A stretch of 64,000 nt of DNA. It comes from Phoronis australis (taxonomy: Eukaryota; Animalia; Phoronida). Position 1 is the first letter of the stretch; the number at the start of each line of letters is the position of its first letter. Both the position numbers and the translations under genes were made by a program. The notes under the pieces are model-generated. The model was given only the letters and a program-made list of their open reading frames with translations, was not told where the DNA came from and did no database searches. Where the stretch lies: positions 890,388-954,387 of the forward strand of contig NMRA01000042.1 in the NCBI GenBank assembly GCA_002633005.1, in the 5' to 3' direction. This document shows, piece after piece, positions 24,290 to 35,234 of this stretch.

Positions 24290-27200
24290 NTGCGATAACT
24301 TCGATGACGTCAGCGTCACCAACCCTTTACTTCGATGGTCATTAACTACCGACGCCAGTATAAATGGTCCAGTTAACTGTGCTGTTTACGTAGACGCTCC
24401 GCTCAGACCGGAGTTAAGTCAATATGAAAGGGCCATTACACTATCATTACTAGTAAAAATCCTAACAGAATGACATGTTGTAAGAAAATAAAGTACTTAA
24501 ACCAAACTTACCAGCTTTACTGGTTCAAGCAGTTTGATTTTTTCGAAATCTACAAACAAACATCTTGGTAGGAAACTAAAGGCAATTTCTGCAAATTCTC
24601 ATCTATGGTTTGCATAAGGTACTGCAAATTGAAAACAAAAAGTAGATGTTGGAGTGCCGTGCAGTTACTGACAGATAAAAATATAAAATAGTAAAACTAG
24701 TAAAACTAAAACGACGAGCGTCAGTACTAAAATATAACCGACATACGTCATTTTAGTTTTACTAGTTTTACTATTTTGCAAATTGAAAAAACATCGACGA
24801 TCTGGGACCCATTGTATCAAAGATAGTTAAGTCTGGTCATAGCAAAGACAGTCACAGGCACATTAATGCAAATACATATGTATAAAGTTCATCATTTGCC
24901 ATGTATTCAGACTCAACAACCTCCTTCAAGAATAGGTAACTACCCCCCTATTGTTCTTATGACTTTCTATGAATGCTACTAATAAAGAATGCTAAAATCA
25001 GATAAAATCTCATCAAGTATGTTGTCCACTGGTGCATTAAGCCAATAGCCCACAAATTGATTAACACACATTTTGTCAAGAAACATATTTTGTGTGGTCC
25101 ATCACCACCCTAATAACTGTTTTCACTCATGCTATCAGCCTGTGGCTGTTCTTGACTCACAAAATAGTGGTATTCTGAGAACAAAAACACTTTGAGGTGT
25201 TCAGACACATGCAGACAACTGCTGAATGAAAAAGGGAAAACATAACAACAGTGAAGTCAATGTTCCGCAAAATTGCTTACAGGTGCATTGGTGTTAAATG
25301 AAAGTCAAACTGGCTGATATTTGTCATGCATTATGGTTGACATTTTCCAAAAAACAGCCCAAGGCAGCCTGACATACATGACTTCAGACAAATACGTCAT
25401 GTGATTCTTAGTAAATTAGGTTTGTTGAGATTACAAAACATTGTTTAAACACTGTTTGGACTTTTGAATCAAGGTCAGTTTGAACTATTTAGTACACGAC
25501 TCTGTGAAAAGATCATATTTGATCTTACCCTGCCATATTTACCCAATACCCCTTTTGTAAACATCTTGTTGTTCATGTCGCCATACACATAAGAAATTAA
25601 CAAAATGCAACATCAGAGAAGGAGCTGGGGAGCTGCAGTCAATTTGAACGGTTAACTTCCGATACGGATCTAAGTTAACAGCGCCAGTTAACTTCACAGC
25701 AGATTTAACAGTGGAGCGTCGACGCTGCAGTGGTCAACTTCGGTCTCACCGAAGTTATTGCCTGGGGCCACTGTTAACGTCAACAATTAAAGGGCAGTGT
25801 TGTCACTAATAGTTGCTTGTATTTTGTTCCAATAATCACCAATCGAATTAGAAATAAGTTTCGTGTCAATAAGCACATGTAACGGTTCTCAAATAGTCAC
25901 ACTGAAAACACGACTAAACTTTTTTGTTTGAAAGCTTGATTCATAGTCAATCATAGTGTGAAAACAATTTCCTTTCTTCAGGTGTGCAGCTATGTAGCAA
26001 AACACAGAAAAACATAACAAACAAACAAATTAAAACACTAGCTATATTTTGAGACTTTACATCTCATCATCAGGCAATAAGTGAAATGAACATATACGGA
26101 GCTCGAAAAAAACAGTTTAGTCGTATTTTTAACGTTTGTGTTAATGAAAGTCAGCTACGTATTGTCACGTTAAAAAAAATCTTAGCGTGCACGGCATGCA
26201 TCAGCAATACCTTGCGATTACTTTGATGACAAAAGCGCCACCTACTGTTTACTTTGATGCCGTTAACTACCGAAGTTGGTATGAACGATTCAATTAATTT
26301 CGCAGGTTACTTTGACACTCTGCTCATACTGGAGTTAAGTTAGTATGAAAGGGACTTTTTATTCACTAGCACCTAGTGAATCTATAATTTCCTGTGGGAA
26401 TCAAAATCGGACATAACAGCAAAATTTCTTAAAGGTGCTAAGCATACCCTAATAATTACTCTGAGGTAGAATTTGGGCATGGGATCAGCCAATACCCTTT
26501 CAGCACACCCTGCAAAAATGTCTATCTGCAATTTCCAAGTTGCTGACTTCCAGCTTTATTACCAATGAAGATTAATATTTTGCCTAAGCTGGAAAACCAC
26601 TTCTTATTTAAGTAAGTTAGAAGTCCAAACTACACAGTAAATTATCAAGTTCCAAAAGTTGGTGTTCAGAGAACTATCCCACCTCTAAGTGTGTCCCACT
26701 TATCATATTTACTTGCCCACATGAAACACAAATCAGTTTATTATCAGTTGATTCATCATTTATATCTCTCATATAACAAGACAAAGAGTTTCTCCAACAC
26801 CTTTAAGCCACTGGAATAAATTGATAATATTCACCACCATGATTAATTTGTGCATGATCTTGAGGGTACAAGTACAGTTAATAAAATACCCCAAAGTGGA
26901 AACCTATCAGTCTACATTTTGAAGCCAACTCATCAGCAACGACATCCACAATATATCAAAGTGGAGAACGATATTAGAGAATATCCATTTATTCTATACT
27001 ACTGTTCGTTAACCTGTGTTCGTTGTTTCATTACAGATACCTATGTTAGACGTGATTCAGTATTGTTAAAGAAATAAAGGAACCACTTCTGATACAAAGA
27101 CTCTTGTATAGTTATCTAGATATAGCTTTATCTTAACATTGACACCTTAGGTAAATAGTCTACTACAATATTAAGTCTATGGTTTGGACAAATTTTACAG

Positions 27201-27438
27201 TTCGGAACAGTGAAAATTTAACTATTTTGTTCAAGCTAGTAACCATTATTGGTTCCTAGGTTCAAGGTTAGAGCTTTTATCAATTTATAATATTGGCCGT
27301 TCCAAATTCAAGAATTACAATTAGCAACAAGTGATTATTCACCTCCCAGTAGATGGCACATTCAACCTTGTACATACCAAAGCTACTGAACTATTGTGCA
27401 CAGTCACTTCATTCTAGATGGCAAGACCTTTTGTATTA

Positions 27439-27532
27439 GTCACTTACAGGGGTCCAGAATTTTGAGAACATTTTTTCTACTGAATAACAGGGATTAAACT
27501 GTTTCATAAAATCCAGGACCCAAGAAATTGAT
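27439..27532. mobile_element. Family B MITE, degenerate
   Basis: TA|GTCACTTACAGGGGTCCAGAATTTTGAGAAC ... AAAATCCAGGACCC. Confidence 0.65.
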
Positions 27533-29160
27533 TGTTACACCCCGGGTAATAACCCAATCGATAGTTCAGTTACGTGCCCACCCCCACAACTTCTCAAAAA
27601 TTTTGCCCTTGCTGAACTCTGTGCCCACTCATAATTTTTAGTTCCTCAAATAATAATCATGTGCAGTAATACTGATGAATATGGCAAAGTCTTTCTTCTC
27701 ATAGGCTAAATAGGTGCAGAATTGCCGTGGGTAAGATCATTTGGCTGTGGCAGCCATTTTTCCTTTTTTTGATTGCGGAGTAATAGCTCCGCTGTTTGTG
27801 GGTGGGAGTGTCCTGATTTTTTTTTTTTTTTTTGGATAAATCATAAAAAGAGCTAACAGGAGCGTCTCATTGGTTTTCTCTGTTCTCGAGAACTTTTATT
27901 CAAGACTTTCTGATGACTGGTCTCCAAATAACTGAATTTTTGTACCGTATCTTCGGCGTCCATTGAGAGATCTGTCTGAAATCTGGCATGCGGATAGATC
28001 TTTTCAAGCACTATCACCATTGCGAAAACCGTTTCTTGGTAAGATTACCATTCTCACGATATTCAAGATTTACTGCTCAGGTGACTGCTCTTTTGCTGAC
28101 ATATTTCATAGAGCTGCACTTTGTTAGTCTATCATATTTTGTGCTAGAAATTGTATTTTTCATCTGATACACAAGAAATAGAGGTGTAAAGTTTACCAGT
28201 ACTGTGATTTTGGACGAAATCGGACGCAAGATGGCACTGTGACGGCCATTTTTATTATGCTTGCTGAGCTCCAGCTCTGTGATCTTTTGACCAAACATTT
28301 TCAAATTTGGTATAGTAAATAGATTTCACTGGTTTTCTCATCCACCTCACTTTTGAATTTTTATTTGATTTCACCAAGAGTCACTCTTCAGAGTACTTTT
28401 ATTAATCTTTCAACGGCTGATTACCCATTTGCAAAGTTGAAACAATGGAAAGTTTAGCAAATATTGATTGATGATTAAATGTCCGTAATCTTTACTTTTA
28501 AGCAAAAATTAAACAAAATAAATTTCTCTGGTCGGCCATGTTGTGAAGAATTGCTGTAAAGTTAAACTACTTTTAGAACATTTAGACTGCATCATAAGAC
28601 AACACTGATAAATGAACTATTTGTTTACATGAATGAACAAAATCAACTGATTCAGAGATAAAATAACATTACCTTGATGGGAATCCAATTGTTACAAAGT
28701 GACTGTAAAATAAATTTCCCCCCCAACAACCACAAAAGCTTCAGTTAAACTGGCTCAGTACCTTAATCTGAAAGAAGCCTCTGCGTAATTTCAGAATCAG
28801 ACAACCTGAAGTGTATTTAGCGATATGGGTTAGTCAGAGGTCAACAAGCAGATGACCTTTTATTGGACAGGATGTTAGTTTGGCAAAATATGTCACTTAT
28901 CTGTCAGATAAAAAACAGGCACAATAAACAGTAACCGATTAACAACAGTTTCTATCAGCACAATGATTGTGTGGGGTGGAGAGACACCATATGGGATAGT
29001 CTACCAGAATAATCACACAACAGACTGAATCAGATAGACTAAAACTGAAAGAATGATTTTTATAGGACACATATTTAGAATTCTTAGTTCCATCAAATTT
29101 GCGGGATAAATTACAGGTAAATTTTATTGATGAGTTTGAGGTTTGTGAAGGCTACTCTAT

Positions 29161-29619
29161 AGTACTTTCATACTAACTTAAGTCAAGTATGAGTGGAGCA
29201 TCGATGTAAACTGCGAAGCTAATTGAATCGTTCATACTAGCTTCAGTACCCGGTAGTTATTCAGGTCATCAAAGTAATCGTAAGGTAGTGGTGATGCATC
29301 CCATCCGCGTTCAGATTTTTTAATGTGACAATTTGAGATTATGCTAATCGATACAAAACTTATTTCTTAATCGATTGGTGATAATTCAAGCAATATATTA
29401 GCAATGACACTGCCCTTTCATTGCTGACGTTAGCAGTACCCCTGACCGTTCATACCGCACCTCAGCATCAATGCTCCACTGTGAAATCCACCTGTTTACT
29501 GTGAAGTTAACTGGCACTGTTAACTGGCACAGTTAACCTCGATCCAGGACGAAATTAACCATTCATTCTGACCGCAACCCCCAAAACATGGAAGCATCGA
29601 CGTTGCTCTGAAAGGGCCT
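29161..29619 (-). mobile_element. Family A MITE, diverged reverse copy
   Basis: CTTTCATACTAACTTAA at the left, TGAAAGGGCCT at the right; interior is the reverse complement of family A. Confidence 0.78.
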
Positions 29620-31828
29620 TCAAACTGAAATTCCAAACTAGACTGCTCCTGGACAATGACAATTTTTACCTTATGCTTTGAGACTAATTTATTCAATCAA
29701 CAAGAAGAATGCTACCAATTTCAGAAATGTCTGACAATGAGATTGTCAAGGCTTGACAACAGGGGCTACAGAACTTGCTGGGATTCTTAGTCCTAGGGCA
29801 TGCCAGATTAGAGGAAATAATTTCCGTAAAAAAAATCCTGCGATAAATCTGGGACGTTGAAGTGCACGGGACAACTAAAGACTACAACAGTTTTCACAAC
29901 CGATTAAACTATTCTTTCTGATTTCGGTGTCTGGCATACAGTGGAATTGTACACTGTCCACATAGATTACCATCTGAAACATTTCACAGACAAAAACAGG
30001 CACTCGTCACAGATTTAACAGACAACAAACTTGACAACTGTTGGAGTTAAAATGCCTCTAGCATTTAAACAAGCAGAACACAAACAAACACAGTAAATCT
30101 ACATAACAATGTTGCAAAAATCCACAGAATGAAGTGCAACATGTCTTATGCTTTCATTGTACATACTTAAAAGCTCTTTAAACTCTGTCTTAAAAATAAA
30201 AATTTAGCTACCCTTACACTAATAAGCATACAGACCCTGACACCTAGTCACAACTGATCAATATATGTGGGATAAAATCTATCTCATCATTCTTGCCTTA
30301 ACAATTACAGGCTTTACTTCATGTTACACCAAAGATCATTACACAAAGTAGTAATAATGACCTGTTCACACCTGCCCACAAATGATACGAATGCTTGGAT
30401 GACCCTCAAGGTATCTGTTACAGACTGATGAGTAGTTATACAGAAAACATTCCTCACAATTATCAGTGTGGAGTATTAAATAAAAAAATGTTGACCAAAT
30501 GTCTTGTTCAGTGCAAGTCTTGCTCCACAATGTTGCATGCAGACTTATTCATTGGCAAACGTTTCAATAGATTTTCAACAATAAAACAAGACACAAGACG
30601 GAGTGGCACATGACTGAAATTATGGCTGCTCAGTCAACATTCACATGAATATAGTAAACTCTCATCAGTTTAGGACACAATATGGCAGACGACTGAAAAG
30701 GTAAGTACCACCTTATAAAACACTTCTACTTTCTACAGAATAAGCCAGTCATTGGTAAATATTGGTATTTTACAAGATTTTTTTAATTCAAACCAAACTT
30801 TATACAGTATATCAGTATTTACCATTGATCACAGGCAAGTTGCAACCAGCTTAGATATGAATTTTATTTATTTCTGAGTAAACCGCTCACCATGTGCTGA
30901 AACGGCACAAATGTGTCTATTTGAAATGTGAGTCGAGATTGACCAGTAGTTAAAACAGCTGTTAAGGATTTAAATTTCTCCTTGGAGAAAAAAGAAAAAA
31001 TACATCACCAGAAAAAAATGGTGTTCCCAGCATGATCAAATCTTTCATAAGAAAAATCGTAAATTAGTTGTTATATGAATTTGTTATTAATTTTTGCACG
31101 GCCTCCCCAAGGTTAGACTCACCTGACCGACTTTACATACCTAGAAAATAGGGCATCAACTGACCCCACCATGATGTCAATCAATTTTCTGAATTTGATA
31201 ACTTCTGCAGAACTTAAAATAAAAATAGAACCTTAATCAGGTGGTTATAAAAATTAAACCCAAGTGGGTTGGAAATGTTTACAACCATATTTCAATATCT
31301 TTTTATCAAGTTGAAGCTGCAATTGACGTCTCACAGCCTCACTTGTCATGCATCTGAGAAAGGTATGGGTGATCAGTTACTTTCTTTAGAAAACGGAATT
31401 TTGTCAATCATTTGCTCCTTTACGCGTGTCAAAAAACAGCAGAAATGCTGATAGCTATAGGCCATCAGACTATATTTTGAGAATTGAAGTGAGGGCCATT
31501 CAAGCTCAGGGAAGATGACAACAGAATAATTTTGGCAATTTGTCCAAAACTGGTGTGATTTTTCTGTATGTAATTCATAATTGATAACAAATTATTTTTC
31601 TTCTGGCCAAATGTTTGGTGTGTTTTAGAGTTTAATTTGTATCGGCTTGCTGCTTTTATTCTGTTACTCAGTTATAACGACTCCAGGTTACTCATGGCAA
31701 ATTCATATATATACACAATGGAATAACCCAGGTTCTCACCCTATGCATCTCTACACAGCACACCTGTACAATACATGCTTTGCCAACAAACAGCCCATAA
31801 ATGAATAATGTGTATTTTCAGTATGAAT

Positions 31829-31942
31829 CATGGGCGGCGTACCATAGTGCTAGGCCACACATGGTCTATAGGCGGTGCACCACAAGGGGGCTGAGAGGGC
31901 TTTAGCTTAGCCCCCACTTTTTTCAGTGCTGCGCCACCCATG
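31829..31942. repeat. Family E GC-rich repeat
   Basis: CATGGGCGGCG ... AGCCCCCACTTTTTTCAGTGCTGCGCCACCCATG; inverted ends. Confidence 0.55.
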
Positions 31943-32252
31943 GTGTTCCAGTCATGCCTACCCTGTACCCAACACTCAGAACTGAAGAAATCTTCTAGAT
32001 GGACACATCAACGGACACATGCTCATAGTAAATACCAATGAATGGACTAAACACACACTTTTAGCGACTAGTAACAGTCAGTACAAATGCAGACCTACAA
32101 TAGGAGCAAAAGCTGAAAAGGAAAGGGAGAAACGAGGCCAGGCGCATTGTAATATGGCATTAGTGCAAGACGCCGCTTGCACATTGCAGATCTCGCACCC
32201 CCATTCACGACAATGACATATAGGCCTACAAAATACAGCGCCACAAACTTAC

Positions 32253-32420
32253 CATACACACACAGTTTCAACGGTTTACATCATGGTTGTGTAACACTGT
32301 ACGCGAGACTTTTTGAATTCCGAACACTCGTGCCCAAAATATGCGAAGGCCAAACTTTTGGTAGGCCTACGAGAACGTAAAGTCCAACTTTCCAAAAGTT
32401 ACCGTACACACTTTTGCCAC
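32253..32420 (-). other. LHFPL6: Candidate non-coding first exon (5'UTR) of LHFPL6; 5' boundary approximate
   Basis: Strong minus-strand donor ATG|GTAAGT at 32252 inside a CpG-rich patch just upstream of the COG6 start. The first coding exon needs an upstream exon. Confidence 0.45.
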
Positions 32421-32690
32421 ACAACGTGCATCAGAAAAGTACGTGAATGAAAAACGTTTATCCAGAGTTTGGGTAATTGGCCCAGCCAATCACAAATACA
32501 GATGAAATCTCGTTCCTAAAATTTCGATTTCCTTGGCAAAACAAGAAGTTTTAGGGTATAATGTTTCCTGGGTGTTTCTGTGTAAAGTGGACAACTCGCA
32601 ACCTTAAAATCATTCGTTTTTAAGTCTGGAAAAAACAACAAGATTGAAATCTCGTGAATCTACGTTCGTAGGAAAAGAAAAATGGCGGAG
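32420..32690. promoter_or_regulatory. Putative bidirectional promoter of LHFPL6 and COG6
   Basis: Local CpG enrichment; inverted CCAAT pair ATTGG-cccag-CCAAT at 32476-32490; YY1-like AAAATGGCGG overlapping the COG6 ATG; GAAATCTCGT occurs twice (~32504, ~32646). Confidence 0.55.
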
Positions 32691-32789
32691 AGTGTTGACG
32701 TTGGAGTTTTGGGGTCCACTGCTCAGGCAAATAACCCATTGTCTAGGAAACTTAACAAGATTCTTGAGACACGTCTTGATAATGATAAA
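32682..32789 (+). CDS. COG6: COG6 exon 1
   Basis: [36 protein letters not shown]; donor GTAAG at 32790. Confidence 0.93.
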
Positions 32790-35156
32790 GTAAGACTTAA
32801 CGTCCATGTACAAATCATGACATAAATTTGGGATTACTGATTAATGGACCAAATAATCTTACGGATACTTACGCGCCCGATTTGTAAATCAGTAAATGTA
32901 ATTGTACTGTACTACTACTACTAGTACTACTGTAGCTACTAGTACTACAGTACAAGTAACACTAGTTCTGTACGACAGTCTATAGAAAACTTTGCCTACA
33001 CCGGGACTTTCACCCATGTTGCACGTGTGACAGCCAAGCATCCAGACGTTCAGCCAAGAGGCAATTGCCACGGCAAGCGATTTAGACTTTAGACTTAGTT
33101 TAGAGAGGCTTTATTCAGATTAAACCATAAAAGTTAAGTTGCTATAAGTACCTTTTGCACGTATAGTCGCTTAGGAGGCTGTCGATGTCTAATTCCTTCC
33201 AGCTCAAACAAATACTTCCGAAGTAGATGACTTGTAAGAAGTCCACTTCATGCAATTGCCCTTGATTCTGGGGGACTGGTTCCTGGACAGCTAGTGGGAG
33301 TCCTATAACACAGTGGGAGGAAGACCAAGGGTGAATAGTCTTCCCAGTAATTCTGTACACAATTAAATATCTTAAGTTTGAAATACTGTCTCAGCCAGAG
33401 TGACATCCAAATCCATGACTTTGTGGGTAACAGTGCCTGTACACATTTACAAGTGGCTTAATAAGTGAACCAAAAGAGGGATTGCCCAAATTCTAAATCA
33501 ATTATGTTACATCTGACACCTCTTCCTTAACAAAAGTAAATCACATATTCAAGAATAGCCTGAGACTGTTGATCAGATTTGATTACACGATTTTGAAATG
33601 TCATTCGTCACTTTATTTATTTATTATCTAGGAAATGCTTGAAGCATTGAAGGCATTGTCATCTGTGTTCTCGGAGAATAATCTGCGAAACCGCCGAAAT
33701 TTGCGTAGTGATATTGAACGCAGAAGCCTGGCCATCAATGAGGAGTTTGTGGCATCATTCAAGAAAGTCAAGGAGGTATATTAATTGCTTTGTCAATTCT
33801 AACCGAGTGTGTAGGGGTGATGAGATGTTTTGAGTGGCTGGCCTCGTCCACCTGAACCTGAATCGTAAGCTGTACTTGTTATATGGATCTACATGGAATG
33901 CCAATAACCCATGCTGGTCAGAGTTCAAGTGACCAGTGCATAGGGCAGTCGAATGTGGTCTTTGCGGCCAAGGACGTCTGCCTCAAAGACTCCTACCTAG
34001 GAATTTTCTGTAAGGCAAGTGGAAGCACCTCCTACCGTGGGAAATCGCTGGACTCTTCTATGGGAGAGGACAGTGAAATTACTAAGCTCATGAAAGCAGC
34101 AAGGGTGGCTGCGAGGAGCGAATAGTGGCAGAAGGGCTTCAACTGTGCGAGATGGTAGCTCCCATTGTGTCTCTGCTGCTGCTAAGCAGAGGACATTTAG
34201 CGAGTTCGTCAGGTGCCTCAGAAGAAACTTGAAAATCTAGAAATCGATGGTCAACAGGGTCTTAAGTGCCCCAAGTTTGGCAACTCAACTCCTGGGACAT
34301 CCTCAAAACCATATCACAAAGTGGCAAAAGTGGATAAGTTCCCTTATGCCAGCATGGCCAAGAAAAACCTTAGTGTCTTTGTGGCCGCAAAGGTTGGGGA
34401 GCCATCACTGAATTAGAATGAGGCAAAGCACCTCGAGGGCCATTTGCAAATGGCATTTGTCAAGCCTCAGAGTCCCGGTGTCCCACTTCATATTAAGTCA
34501 GTGAGGCATGATAAGGGCAAGCTGGGGATTGCATGTGATGACTCAGCTACCTTTGATTGGGTCAAGCTTAAGTGCAAGGAACTTACTTCTGATGGTCCCA
34601 ACTCTAACAGGTTAGGGGACCGTGTGATGGGTCCAGCCAATCTACCTCCTGTGTTCAAGAGGAAGTTGCTTTTAATAAGGATGAATTCCTGCTCGTCCTT
34701 AGGAATGTAGTAATGACCTAGATGTCACAAAGGTTCTTGTGGTGCCGATGGATGCCATCAAACCAACACAAAATGTCCCTCAAAAGGATTTACTATGGTC
34801 CTACCATTTGAAGAGCTTGCTTGGCAGATTCAAAACCCATTCTGATATTAACAAATTGGCAGATGACATTAACAATGTCTTGACCAAGTGTTTTATGACA
34901 TTATCAGACAGCGCTTTTCTTCATTTGTCCATATTCCATTGATTGGCATTGCACGTTCCAACCATATTGCAAAGCCATCTTTATGTTTTGGTTGTCAATC
35001 AGTGTTTGTGGGACAAACGTAGCAAAAATTGACATGGCTTGACTGCTTTGATTAAAGTGCCACCTTTTCAGTAAAATGTATTGGTGTCTTTGCTACTTTT
35101 CTGGTTCTGTTTTTATGCTTTACTTTTGCTTCTAAATTTATAAGTACATGCATTAA

Positions 35157-35234
<78 letters not shown>

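Larger units (their letters stand above)
20598..27420 (+). repeat. ~3-kb direct duplication: copy A 20598-23588, copy B 24291-27420
   Basis: Colinear near-identical sequence with scattered SNPs and indels; copy B starts right after the single N at 24290; probably two alleles. Confidence 0.92.

Noticed and set aside
27534-28545. Possible ~1-kb non-autonomous DNA transposon (GGCAGCCATTTT / GGCCATTTT motifs, more CpG)
   Set aside because: It looks repeat-like, but I could not define termini or a TSD, so it is not called.
32985-33065. Functional tRNA-Asp gene
   Set aside because: The T-loop lacks TTC and the stems do not pair cleanly; kept only as a decayed tRNA-like repeat.
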